Positions 1 through 12,018 of a stretch of 37,614 nt of DNA are shown here, piece by piece. The stretch spans positions 39,953,246-39,990,859 of the forward strand of contig NC_068984.1 of the NCBI RefSeq assembly GCF_001194135.2. Direction: 5' to 3'. Positions within the stretch are counted from its first letter, which is position 1. Each line of letters opens with the position of its first letter. The position numbers and the translations under genes were made by a program. The stretch is from Octopus bimaculoides (Eukaryota). The notes below the pieces were generated by a model that was not told the origin of the DNA, searched no databases, and worked only from the letters and a program-made list of their open reading frames with translations.

Positions 1-241
1 GCTTGTGCGGGTGGCACATAAAAGACACCATTTCGAGCGTGGCCGTTTTCGTGCGGGTGACACGTAAAAGCACCCACTACACTCTCTGAGTGGTTGGCGT
101 TAGGAAGGGCATCCAGCTGTAGAAACTCTGCCAAATCAGACTGGAGCCTGGTGTTGCCATCCGGTTTCACCAGTCCTCAGTCAAATCGTCCAACCCATGC
201 TAGCATGGAAAGCGGACGTTAAACGATGATGATGATGATGA
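1..241 (+). mobile_element. 3' end of RTE-clade LINE (3' UTR plus (GAT)n tail), cut by the window start
   Basis: Same sequence as the 3' end that follows the RTE reverse-transcriptase C-terminus at 3770-4546; ends GGACGTTAAACGATGATGATG. Confidence 0.85.
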
Positions 242-371
242 TACCTGTATACTAATTTTCATTGAAAACTGATGATTCACTGTATCAACTTCCTTACATT
301 TGTACATTTGTTCAGGTTTATCTATCTATTTGTCTAATATATAGATATATATATACACACACACATATATT

Positions 372-383
372 GTGTGTGTGTAT

Positions 384-455
<72 letters not shown>
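372..455. repeat. (TG)n microsatellite
   Basis: Direct reading; explains the VCVC/THTH ORFs in the track. Confidence 0.95.
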
Positions 456-730
456 AACCTGAAAAAATGCTTAAATTCAAGAAACTCTATACAGCTGTTA
501 CAGTGACTCAACAATTTCCTATGAATATATATTTGCGCATGTATATGTGGACACTGGATGCACAGTTTTATTCTTTCACGTATAAAAAAACAATTTAAGC
601 ACTTAATATACATTGGTAGGAAAGAAAATACTGTGGGGTTTATATATGTATTACATGTAGCAGTTACACCCTTAACATCCATCCATATTACAGATTAAAA
701 TGGTGATATGAATTCAAAATTGTTGTTTAG

Positions 731-793
731 ATACAAGTCAATCTTGAGTAGATCGATCATCAGATGTATTCCTGTTGTAACTATCCTATTGAG
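731..793 (+). CDS. Internal coding exon of an unidentified plus-strand gene (xYKSILSRSIIRCIPVVTILL-R)
   Basis: TTTAG acceptor at 726-730 and GTATTT donor at 794; 63 nt, phase 2 to phase 2; joins exon 1311-1348 in frame. Confidence 0.6.
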
Positions 794-845
794 GTATTTA
801 GGACTTTATTATTTAATGTATCCTTTTTGTTTTTGAATTGGATAG

Positions 846-1158
846 AGCATCAGGCTCACAATCATGAAGGAGTAAGTTTGATTCCCGGGCTGGGCTGTGT
901 GCTGTGTTCTTGAACAAGACACTTTATTTCATGTTGCTTCAGTTCACTCAGCTGTAGAAATGAGTTCTGATGTCACTGGTGCCAAGCTGTATTGACCTTT
1001 GCCTTTCCCTTGGATAACATCAGCAGCATGGAAAGGAGAGGCTAGTATGCATGAGAAACTGCTGGTCTTCCATAAACAACCTTGCCCAGACTTGTGCCTC
1101 GGAGGGTAACTTTCTAGGTGCAATCCCATTGGTCATTCATGACCAAAGGGGGTCTTTT
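846..1158 (+). mobile_element. tRNA-headed SINE with CORE-like central domain
   Basis: B-box-like GTTTGATTCCC followed by TTGAACAAGACACTTTATTTCATGTTGCTTCAGTTCACTCAGCTG; the same central motif recurs at about 1850 and 22130. Confidence 0.7.
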
Positions 1159-1310
1159 TCTATAATTTGAGGGCGAATGAAGAGCTTGCATAGCAACTTG
1201 ATTTTAATGATGGAATTACAAAATATATTTGTGTTTATAGTTATCTTTCAGTCTTAATATATACAACTATAGATCTTCATGGTAGAAGTCTGGATAAGTT
1301 TTATTTATAG

Positions 1311-1348
1311 AGCTGAGAGAATCCAGGTGTTCCTTTACATAACTCATG
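1311..1348 (+). CDS. Penultimate coding exon of the unidentified gene (AERIQVFLYITH-D)
   Basis: TTTATTTATAG acceptor and GTATGG donor at 1349; 38 nt, phase 2 to phase 1; in frame with both neighbouring exons. Confidence 0.62.
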
Positions 1349-1493
1349 GTATGGCTTTATGGTTGAGAAATTTTCCTTCACAGCCATGTGGTTTCAGGTT
1401 TGATCAAATCTGTGGCACTTTTAGTAAGTGTCTTCTTCTGTCTTAGCTTTTGTGAACAAAATTTGGCTGATGGAAACCATGCATAAGCCCACC

Positions 1494-1591
1494 AAACACA
1501 CACACACACACACACACANNNNNNNNNNNNNNNNNNNNNNNNNNNNNNNNNNNNNNNNNNNNNNNNNATATATATATATATATATATATAT
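1494..1591. repeat. (CA)n/(TA)n microsatellite spanning an N-gap
   Basis: Direct reading. Confidence 0.9.
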
Positions 1592-1759
1592 AAAATACAA
1601 AATGGGACAAGAACGCAAAACATCCAGACAGTTAGATGATACAAAAAGGGGCAACAAAACATCCAGATAGACAACACAAAGAAAACAAGGACAGGTCATT
1701 CAAAGTTTTCTTTCTTCAGTTGAGTTCCAGATTATCTTTGCATATGTTTGTATATGTGT

Positions 1760-2094
1760 GGAGGTGTTTATATCAATGTGGTTTAGTGTTTTGGCTATTT
1801 GGCTCACATTCGTAAGATTGTGAGTTCAATTCCCAACAGTGTGTTGTGTCCTTGAGCAAGACACTTTATTTCATGTTGCTCCAGTCTACTCAGCAAGCAA
1901 AAATGAATTATACCTGTAATTCAAATGGCTAAACTTGTTGCATTCTGTGTCATGCTGAATCTCCCTGAGAACTACATTATAGGTACCCATATTTGTGGAG
2001 TGCTCAGCCACTTGCACATTAATTTCACAAGCAGGCTGTTCAATTGATTGGATCAACTGGAATACTTGTCATTGTAACCAATGGAGTGCTAGTT
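1760..2094 (+). mobile_element. tRNA-headed CORE-like SINE (same family as 36141-36513)
   Basis: Shares the body TGAATCTCCCTGAGAACTAC...GTGGAGTGCTCAGCCACTTGCA...GATCAACTGGAA with 36141-36513. Confidence 0.8.
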
Positions 2095-2155
2095 TTTGGG
2101 GGTTTTTTCCAGTTAACAAAGACATGTGTATTGAACAGAGATACCCTGTAGTATT

Positions 2156-2445
2156 TATGAGGGCCGGCTGAATAGTTCATAAGCTGACCAAGATGCTCTC
2201 ATGGAATATGACCAAATGAGGTTTATTTTTCAACATAGTTTTCCTTGCAGTCCATCGGTGTTGCAGTGCTTGCATCCCATTGGTGAAGAAGCTTTCATCC
2301 AGTTGGTCAAAAAAGTCATTAACAACAAATATTACGTCATCACTCTGATACTGGTTCCTAGCCAAGTGTTTTTTCACGTTGGGGAACAGGCGATAGTCAG
2401 ATGGGGCCAAATCAGTAGAATAAGGAGGGTAAATCAACCCTCCTT
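2156..2445 (-). mobile_element. Mariner transposon 3' fragment with one TIR
   Basis: ORF 2177-2437 carries YPPYSTDLAPSDYRLF (mariner YSPDLAPxD motif); TA plus TIR-like TATGAGGGCCGGCTGAATAGTTC at 2156. Confidence 0.85.
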
Positions 2446-2805
2446 ATTTATATGTCTGCCTGAGTTGTCTCCTCTGATGTCAATGTCTACTTTGCATTTT
2501 GTATCAAACAAGACCAATGAAATAAGTATTAGACAAAAGACCAGGATTAATATATTTGAGTAAAACCTTTAAAAATAGTAACCCAGTGTGACTACCAATG
2601 AAAGATGACAACAAAAGATGGGAGCTGGTAGATTTTTATTACTATATAAGAAATAACAATGAAGAATATTATTTATTTTTCCTGAGCAGAGATAAAATAG
2701 TTAAAACGATAAGGCATTAAATTAATTGCTTATGATTTGAAATCCAATAAAGGACTTTCATGTTTGGTCAAACTATTTTCTTTTAAATTACTTAAATTCT
2801 CTTAG

Positions 2806-2900
2806 ATGTTGAAGATAGGTTCCAGATTCTTGCATATATCATCTCTGATAGGCTGACAAACAAGGCACCGAAAGTTTATCCTTCATCTGTGTGGCTTTAA
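2806..2900 (+). CDS. Terminal coding exon of the unidentified gene (VEDRFQILAYIISDRLTNKAPKVYPSSVWL*)
   Basis: AAATTCTCTTAG acceptor; phase 1 matches the previous exon; TAA stop at 2898-2900. Confidence 0.62.
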
Positions 2901-3329
2901 AAGTTTTCTTTAACACTTGTAAGATGAAGCTACTTGATATTTCTACAAGGAAGATGATGGCACCATTTGGACAAGAAACAGAAAAGAGTTTGTAGAGAAT
3001 ATTTGAATTGTAAAAACTTCAAAATCTTTTTTGTTTTCGAAGAAGTCAACTTGTTTGTCTTTTTGGTGCAACAATGGCAAACTGACAGATTGTCTTAGGT
3101 CTCATTTAAAAGTCAAGTAAACATTAATTGTATTGCCAATTAACCAAGTCAGTTTCCTTTTCAGTTTTTATTTACCATAAAACACACATTATTGAGATAT
3201 CCATGTGACTGGACTGATGTATATTACCAGCATTTTATGACTTTATGTCAGTGAGAGCTATTCTTATCAGCTGTGGTAAGACTGAAATCAGGATGCAAAA
3301 GCTTTATGGGTATTTTGTAACAATGAGAA

Positions 3330-3545
3330 AGAAAAAGAAAACCGAGTACAAATGGAAGAAGAAATTAAGTTGGTATGGTAAACCCCTGCTCCACCACACA
3401 TAGCAACCAGAAGTAGACCAAGAATAAGATGGTTGGATAATCTCAGTTGGTCACACTTGGGAATCCAGTTAGAAAGTGTAATGATAGTTGTTTCTGAAAG
3501 GACCCTATGGAGGAGGTGCTCAAGGACTCTACCCCCACGACCTTT
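3330..3545 (+). mobile_element. Old degenerate LINE RT C-terminal fragment (RTE-like)
   Basis: Conceptual translation shows KLSWYG...RSRPRIRWLDN...RTLWRR, resembling RTE C-terminal motifs; frameshifted. Confidence 0.45.
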
Positions 3546-3769
3546 CTCATCAATATGTCTAGTATAAAAACATCTGGAAGTCATAGACAAGCAAGATAAC
3601 TCATGCCAGGTCCTGTTGCAGGAGTGGTAGACATTAATGTTTCGTCATCTTTGTGACTTACCAATACCATGTACCCAAAACTAGGCCAGACAAGCTAAAT
3701 CACTTGTTATGACTATATGCAAAATGGTGTGAGAACCCTGTATTGGTATATTCCAATGTTTTATACCAC

Positions 3770-4546
3770 AGAAAAAATTCAAAAAGTATCTTGAGAGAAA
3801 AGCTGAACATTAGAAGCATCAGTTGTGGCGTGCAAGAGAGACGATTGCGCTGGTATGGACATGTGGTGAGAATGGAGGAGGATAGCTGCGTGAAAAAGTG
3901 CCACACCCTAACAGTTGAGGGAACCCGTGGAAGAGGTAGGCCCAGGAAGACCTGGGCTGAGGTGGTGAGGCAAGACCTTCGTACATTGGGCCTCACCGAG
4001 GCGATGACTACTGACCGAGACCTTTGGAAATGTGCTGTGCGTGAGAAGACCNNNNNNNNNNNNNNNNNNNNNNNNNNNNNNNNNNNNNNNNNNNNNNNNN
4101 NNNNNNNNNNNNNNNNNNNNNNNNNNNNNNNNNNNNNNNNNNNNNNNNNNNNNNNNNNNNNNNNNNNNNNNNNNNNNNNNNNNNNNNNNNNNNNNNNNNN
4201 NNNNNNNNNNNNNNNNNNNNNNNNNNNNNNNNNNNNNNNNNNNNNNNNNNNNNNNNNNNNNNNNNNNNNNNNNNNNNNNNNNNNNNNNNNNNNNNNNNNN
4301 NNNNNNNNNNNNNNNNNNNNNNNNNNNNNNNNNNNNNNNNNNNNNGCGTGGCCGTTTTCGTGCGGGTGACACGTAAAAGCACCCACTACACTCTCTGAGT
4401 GGTTGGCGTTAGGAAGGGCATCCAGCTGTAGAAACTCTGCCAAATCAGACTGGAGCCTGGTGTTGCCATCCGGTTTCACCAGTCCTCAGTCAAATCGTCC
4501 AACCCATGCTAGCATGGAAAGCGGACGTTAAACGATGATGATGATG
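3770..4546 (+). mobile_element. 5'-truncated young RTE-clade LINE (RT C-terminus, N-gap 4052-4345, 3' UTR, (GAT)n tail)
   Basis: ERRLRWYGHVVRMEEDSCVKKC...GTRGRGRPRKTWAEVVRQDL...DRDLWK is the typical RTE C-terminus. Confidence 0.88.
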
Positions 4547-5094
4547 AATGAGAAGCAGTCCAAGGAATATAAACAATATCAAATATACATACCCAAGGTA
4601 TGTGTATTGCCATTTCATGGCAGGCTGTGATTTATAGGCAAGCGAGAAAATTTCCATGTCAATATGCCTGATGTAAAAACACCTAGAAGTCATAGACAAA
4701 TGAGATAACTTATGCCAGGGTTCTGGCCATGAACTGACAATACACATACCTTGTGTATGTGTGTTTGATGTTGCTATTTTTCTTCAGGCTGCTTCTCATT
4801 CATATTTGAAATTTTTCTATGGCCTAAACCTAATATTAAAAACTAACTTAAAATATTCAGTATAGATGTATTTAAACCAGCTTTTAAAATATAATAAACC
4901 ACATATTTTGTCTTTTCAGATCATTGAATGTGAATAATATGTATATAAAAAGCATAAATGCTGATGTAAATTGAAATAAGTCTCCATGGACTCTCCCATC
5001 ATCAGATGACATATCAGGGTTCTGCAATATCTTGCTGAACAAATACGCAGTAAATTTGTTATAGTCATTAAATGTTCGTGTTCTCATAAGCTCA

Positions 5095-5240
5095 CTCTCT
5101 CATCCAATCGACATTATCTGTACAGGTGCACAACATATCACATGTCAGATGATGAAAAGATTGCAGAGCAATGTGAAATGAAGTGCTTTGCTCAAAAACA
5201 CTGAACATCCGGTTTGGGAATCAAAACTACAATCTTGCAA
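5095..5240 (-). mobile_element. tRNA-headed SINE 5' fragment
   Basis: Reverse complement gives a tRNA-like head followed by the TTGAGCAAAGCACTTCATTTCACATTGCTC central motif. Confidence 0.6.
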
Positions 5241-5456
5241 TCATGAGAACAACACCCTAACCGCCAAACCATGCACCTTCACTATAAGTACAGAAACAGT
5301 AAACATTATTAATAGATTCTACAGTGACCTCTTCTTAATATTGGCTCCAAGACATTTATTTTTCACTTGGAATATGTATTTTTGTTCAAGTCAACCAGAA
5401 CTTTTGTATGTGCTTAACCTCAACAGCATATAGACTTACTTTTGAAAAATATTGTA

Positions 5457-5883
5457 GGCACAGGGCAAGACTGTGTGGTAAGAAGTTTGCTTCCCAACTA
5501 CATGGTTCTGGGTTCAATCCCATTGCATGGCAGCTTGAACAAGCGTCTTCTACTATAGTTCCGGGCCAATCAAAGCCTTGTGAGTGTAATTGGTGATGGA
5601 AACTGAAAGAAGCTGTCATATATGTATATATGCGTGTGTGTGTTATTGTCTCCTTGCCTTGATATTGTGAGGTAGTTGTAAATGAATATCACCATCATGC
5701 AAGCAGCATCCATAATTTCCAATCTTCTATGAAAACATATCTGGTCATAGGGAAATATTACCTTGCTTGGAAACAGGTAAGGCTTGGCAATAAGAAGGGC
5801 ATCTGACCACAGAAAATCTGTCTCAACAAATTCTGTTCAACCCATGTGAGCATGGAGAAATGGACATTAAAACCTTGATGATT
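5457..5883 (+). mobile_element. SINE family B (tRNA head, internal (TG)n, RTE-type tail)
   Basis: GTGGTAAGAAGTTTGCTTCCCAAC head; GGAAACTGAAAGAAGC; tail AAGGGCATC...CCCATG...GGACATTAAAA homologous to the RTE 3' end. Confidence 0.8.
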
Positions 5884-7680
5884 ATATCTCGAACAAAATC
5901 TCATACATTTACTTAAGTCATGTGATTTACTTAAAAACTCTTTTAAAAGTTTCTCTCACTCATCCAGTTTCGATAACTTTACATGGTGATGAAAAGGTGT
6001 TTGATACACTTTCATTGTCATATAAAGATGGATATTGTTTCAATCAAAATCTGTTTTTAAAATTTATGAAAATTTAAAGCATTTTTATTAATGTAGGCTA
6101 CTGTTAATCTTGATGACAGAGTTTTTAGTTCTAAGCAAAGGAAATGTTAAAGTTCATGCTTTTTCATAAATAGATGTTTATAAAGTTAGTTCAAAGCAGT
6201 TATTGAATTTATTGTACCATCCTCATTTTAATATTGAATTGAAAGTGGTACTAAGTATGAGAGCTTTAATACAATAATATGCTTTGACGGAAAACAAAAT
6301 ACAAAGGATATAGTTGTATGAAACTTGTACTCCTTAGGACTACGTCCAGTGTTTTAATGGCTGCTATGAATCATTATAAAACAGCAAAATGAGGAGTACA
6401 AAGAGGTAAAAAATGGAAGAGCGCTGAAGATAATGTTTGACAATATCTTTTTCTTTTTCTTATGACCTGAATTCAAACCCTATTAAGATTAACTTTGTGT
6501 TTCATGCATTCAAAGTTGCTAAAATAGAAGTACCAGATACAAATATGTGACACTTTGCCAATGCAAAAAATATCAGTAGAACACAACAGAGTGAAAGATC
6601 CTTTCATATGTATGGTCTGATTCTAATAGAATAAACTGAATTATATGGAAAAAACAAAAAACGAGCATGACTAAGATAAAGATAAAAGCTATGTTGTTTT
6701 CAATGATTTCGAGAAAGAATAGGAAGAAACTAATGATTGCACAGGTGACATATGACATTTTAACTAGACAGACAATGGCAAAACCTTTCAGTACATTGTT
6801 TAGTCCAAAGTACGATAATGATTCAGTCGAGGAAATAGATAAGTTCTGGTACATAGACAACCAGTCAATTTCAGAGTAGATTTGGTGTTGACTGAACATT
6901 TGCAGACCTTCTGACATGATATAGAATCTAGGTGTTTTTCTTAAAATATTTCACAATACACGCTGCAAAAGTGTTGTTATTTTAAAGGAAGGAGAAAATA
7001 TAACAGATAAGAAAAGAGATTACTGTGATCTGACTGACATATAATGAAAATCTGAAAAATAGACTGAGTTTAAGTAAATCAGATATGAAGGAAAGATTGG
7101 TATGTGTTTTTTGACCAAATAACTCATGAGAGCTGACAGTAATTATACAATAGTAAATATATGAAAGATTTTAAAACATCTTCATTGACCTAAGAGAGAT
7201 TAAAGGGTTTAAAAAGATTGACCTATGCCATGACAAACGAGACTGAACTTATTGATTTGTGTTAATCTATATGAACAATGAATGTTGCATGTATCAACAT
7301 TGATGTCGATAAAAATCTATTACATTCTATTACACTCTATTACATTAGCATTGAATCATATAGTACAATTTTAAAGATATTTAGTAATACTATTTATACT
7401 TTTTCATTTTATTTTTATTGATCAAGGGAATATACTTGAAGCAGCCTTACGATAAGCAAGTTATGTAGAAACTCAGGGTAAAAGATTAGTTTTAAAATTA
7501 GTTTAATCATATTACTGAAATTTGTGATGAAAATTTAGAGTTAGTATTTTTAGTATTAGTAATAACTGATAATATTTTCAAAGAATAAGTATATGAAATT
7601 CTGTATTTTTTAATCTTAGAACTTGAAATCAAATGAAGGATGGATTGTGTCGGAATATTTAATTATATTTGCACTTAATA

Positions 7681-8120
7681 GGTACAGGCATGCTGAGTGA
7701 TAAGAAGTTTGCTTCTCTGCCACATGGTTTCAGATTCAGACTCACTGCATGACACTTAAAGCAAGTGTCTTCTCCTATAACCCTGGACCAACTAAAGCTT
7801 TGTTAGTAGATTTGGTTGACAGAAACTGAAGGAAGCCTGTCATATCTGTATATACATGTATGTGTATTTGTTACTGTCTCCTTGTTTTGATATTAAGTGA
7901 TAGCTGTAAATAAATGTCACTGTCATACAGGCAGTGTCTTTCATTTTCAATCTTCTGTGAAAACATGTCTGGCCATGGGGAAATATTACCTTACTTGGAA
8001 ATAGGTGAGGGTTGGTGACAGGAAGGGTATCTGGCTGTAAAAAATCTGTCTCAACAAATTATGTCTGACTCATGTGCATATGGAAAAGGGAAAATTAAAT
8101 CAATGATGATGACGATGATT
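7681..8120 (+). mobile_element. SINE family B full-length copy
   Basis: Collinear with 5457-5883 and 36699-37139; (GAT)n tail. Confidence 0.8.
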
Positions 8121-8294
8121 AACTTGTAGATATATGAAGAAGTTGACAGCATTCCTTTTTTTTTAATTAAATTTTACACTAATCTATTTATTTATTTGCA
8201 ATACTAGGATAATGTTTCAGAAACTCTTTTATAAAACATTCTGATCAACAGTATTTAATTTCCAGCAAAATAAACTAAGTACTATTATAATGTA

Positions 8295-8730
8295 AAGATA
8301 AACCCTCAAGGACCTCCTAAGGTCTTGGAGGGTCCAATACCTAACTTAGGGATTGAATGCTACACCAATCACCAGACTGGACACCACTGCATAATACTAA
8401 AGATCCTGCTTTCTCCATCCAATGTAACAACTTAAGGCTCAAAGGCTCACAACTTTCAATACCTTGCCAAAAGACCTCAAAGAGTTACAAAGTGTAGATA
8501 TGGATGTGTTCAAAGAACAATTAGACAAATCTTTATCTGATATATCAGATGATCCCACATTATGACTAGAAATGCAGACAAGAGCAGCTCTGTTCAGTTC
8601 ACTACTTCATCAGGACTGATTCCAGAAACAAGACTGGGAAATGAATCTAAAATAACCAAGCATTAGCACTAATGGTAACCAGCATGATCACAGTCCCTGG
8701 CTGAACCCAATCATAAAATAATAGAATAAA
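8295..8730 (+). mobile_element. CR1/L2-group LINE 3' fragment
   Basis: Translates to ...GSQLFNTLPKDLKELQSVDMDVFKEQLDKSLSDISDDP, matching the C-terminal LFNxLP...FKxxLD pattern of CR1-group RTs; A-rich tail. Confidence 0.7.
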
Positions 8731-9438
8731 CTCATTGACTTAAAGTATAAATTCAGTGAATACTACAGAGTTGTGGCTATGCAATGAGGAAAATATTTCA
8801 GTCATAAAAATACTATTTTGTCAATGAAACAACAATATTTCAACTGATTATTGTAGACTGATGTACTAATGAGAACAACTAATGTTGAACATATAAGACT
8901 TACAATAAAGGATTTCTAGTTGAAAACTTTGCAACTATTTTAGGTTGATGTATGGACATGGAGAAAAATATTTTTAAAACATCAATTAGGACTGATAGCT
9001 AGACTGTAGCTAAGAAAAGAAAAAAGAGAAAAACAGAAATAAAAGAAACATAGTAAAATCCCTTGCCCCAGTACAAAATAATTACTGTTGTGCAACTTGA
9101 ACTATTTGACCATCCCACTCAAATACCGCACTCTAAATTGTTCTTAATGAAGTTGTCACATTGTAAATAACAACTAGCTATGTGTTTGTGTATATGTTGT
9201 TTATAAATGTATGTATGTGTTGTGTGTGTGTGCTTGTGTATAAATGTGTGTATGTATGTGGTGTGTGTGTGTCGTGTCAATTTTGTAAGCCATTAATTTC
9301 ATAATCCTGATACTGATTTTATACATACTGCCTACAAATATACATCAAATGCACACAGAATGATAATAGACATATTAAATATATATACAGTAATCTATAT
9401 GCACACATTTATAGATATACTGTGCACTGTTTAATGAG

Positions 9439-9480
9439 ATTTGACGAGGAAGACCAATAGAATGGTCTTCCTCATCAAAT
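9439..9480. repeat. 18-bp-arm inverted repeat (hairpin)
   Basis: ATTTGACGAGGAAGACCA-atagaa-TGGTCTTCCTCATCAAAT; one mismatch. Confidence 0.9.
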
Positions 9481-9529
9481 GGGAAGTAAATAGTAAAACA
9501 ACACAAAATTAAACATATATATATATACA

Positions 9530-9735
9530 CAAACTGGCAGAATTGTTTCTATGCCAGGCAAAATGCTAAGAGGCATTTTCTGCAGTTCTTTATGTTCCGA
9601 GTTCAAATGCAGCTGAAGTCAACTCTATCTTTCATCCTTTTGGGGTTGATAAAATATATACCAACTGAGCACTGTGATCAATGTAATTGACTTCCCCTTC
9701 CCCTCAAAATTGTTAGTGTTGTGCTAAAATTAGAA
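9530..9735 (+). mobile_element. SINE family C, plus-strand copy
   Basis: GGCAGAATTG...TTCCGAGTTCAAAT...TTTCATCCTTTTGGGGTTGATAAAA; reverse complement of the copies in the 10668-14434 array. Confidence 0.75.
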
Positions 9736-9739
9736 TATG

Positions 9740-9795
9740 AATGTGTGTATATGTGTGTGTGTGTGTGTGTATCTATGTATATATATGTATGTATG

Positions 9796-9843
<48 letters not shown>

Positions 9844-10014
9844 ACATACATATATATGTATATTCACATATACATGTTTTCTGTAATATACATACATTAT
9901 ATATATATATATATATTACTATATATATATTACATATATGTAATTATGTGTGTGTGTGTATATATATATATAGAGAATATATATATAGAATATATATAGT
10001 ATATATATAGAGAG

Positions 10015-10086
<72 letters not shown>

Positions 10087-10150
10087 AGGGGGAGAAAGCT
10101 ACAAACAGAGGACACACACACACACACACACATATACATATGTATGTATG
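9740..10150. repeat. Compound microsatellite (TG)n/(TA)n/(GA)n/(CA)n
   Basis: Direct reading; source of the IYIY/CVCV ORFs. Confidence 0.95.
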
Positions 10151-10909
10151 TTCCCAACCGTTAAAAATTGATTCACAGACTTCAACATTGCTCTAATGCT
10201 TTGAGTTAAACATCTGCTTCTAGAGAATCTGCATAACAGAAACAGATAACATAACATGTGCATGAATAAAATAAACAAATATTATTATAGAAATTTTTAA
10301 AAAATTCCCTTCTGCCCCAACAAAGAGCTTCACTCAAAATATCAAATTCTGGACCTTCAGACTTATTCGAATTTTCTGACACTACCTACCACTAGTTCCC
10401 CCTAGCCCCAACTCAGACTCTGGTTTCCATAATTTCCTAAGAGTTATTATGGGCTATAATTAATTAAATATCTAATATAAACAGAAACTGGATGGAATAA
10501 GATAACGGCTGAGAAATAAAAGTATGAAAGTCTATATACAAGAATGAGTGAAGTTATGGATTAGAGATATTCTGCAGAATTAGACTGCAACACTTATTTG
10601 CTGTGAAATTAATTCAAATACTACTACCAATGAAATCTGCACCTGCGGTCGGCTTCACTGGGGCTCAAATAATAATAATTATAATAGTAAAATTAATTCT
10701 TCTTTCTGTAGGAACGAAACCTGAAATTTTGAGGGGAGGGGCCAGTCAATTACATTGACCCCAGTGCTTAGTTGGCACTTATTTTACTGACCCAGAAGCA
10801 TGAAAGGCAAAATTGAACTTGGTGAAAATAGAACTTTGACCATAAAGCTGGAAGAAATGCTGTTGAGCATTTTGAGCTGTATGGTAACAATTCAGCTAGT
10901 GCACTACCT

Positions 10910-10946
<37 letters not shown>

Positions 10947-11392
10947 TAATAGTAGTAATAGTAGTTTCAAATTTTGGTATAAGGCCAGCAATTTTAGGGG
11001 TAGGTATAAGTTGATTACTTTGCCTTCAGTGTTCAACTGACCCTGAAAGGAAGAAAGGCAAAGTTGACCTCAACAGAATTTGAACCCAGAATGAAAAGAC
11101 ATGGCAAATGCCATGAAGCATTTTGTCTGATGTGCTAATGGTTCTGCCAGCTCACCACCTTATATGATAATAATAATAATCCTTTCCATTATTGGCACAA
11201 GGCTTGAAATTTGAGGGAGGGTGATAGTCAATTACATCAAGTCCAGTACTCAACTGGTACTTATTTTATTGACCCCAAAAAGATGAAAGGCAAAGTCGAC
11301 CTCAGCAAAATTTGAACTCAGGACATAAAGACTGATGAAATGCTGCTAAGCAGTTTGCCTGGTGTGCTAATGGTTCTGCTAGCTTGCTGTCT

Positions 11393-11445
<53 letters not shown>

Positions 11446-11744
11446 GATGATGATAATTCTTTTTACTATAGGCACAAGGTCTGAAATTTTCATGGGAGGG
11501 GGTTGGTCAATTATATCAACTCCAGTGCTTGACTGATACTTTGTTTTATTGACCTTGAAAGGATAAAAAAGCATAGTTGGGCATGGTGGGACTTGAGCTC
11601 AGAATGTAAAGCTGCAATAAATGCTACTAAATATTTTGTGTGGTGTGCTAATGATTCTACCAACTTACTACCCTACCCTTAATAATAATAATAATAATAA
11701 TAATAATGATGATGATGATGATGATGATGATGATAATAATAATA

Positions 11745-11986
11745 ATAGAGTCAAAATTAAAAGAAGAGTGCCATTTGTTATCTTGTGAACAATATCTCGA
11801 CATCTCACGTGTCTTCGACTGGTTCAAAAAATAAATTTGTCAATCTACTTCATTTTGGTTAATATAGAAAGGATTGAGGTAACTCCTCCTGAAGACATAG
11901 AGTCAAAATTAAAAGAAGAGTGCCATTTGTTATCTTGTGAACAATATTTCGACATCTCGCGTGTCTTCGACTGGTTCAAAAAATAA
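11745..11986. repeat. 90-bp direct duplication (11745-11834 and 11897-11986)
   Basis: ATAGAGTCAAAATTAAAAGAAGAGTGCC...GGTTCAAAAAATAA; two mismatches; period 152 bp. Confidence 0.9.
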
Positions 11987-12018
11987 TTATGATGATAATA
12001 ATCATCATCATAATAATT

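Noticed and set aside
262-682. ORFs rich in VC/TH/IY repeats (also 1378-1699, 9721-10157, 11392-11574, 32489-32710)
   Set aside because: They are translations of dinucleotide or trinucleotide microsatellites.
3700-4479. Long ORFs spanning N-gaps (also 16007-16394); minus-strand MKPDGNTRLQSDLAEF ORFs
   Set aside because: The length comes from Ns. The MKPDG peptide is the antisense reading of the RTE 3' UTR and recurs at 16450 for that reason.
6573-6917. Overlapping ORFs of 114 and 70 aa in unique-looking DNA (also 19110-19316)
   Set aside because: No motif, no convincing splice sites and no phase-compatible partner exons were found.
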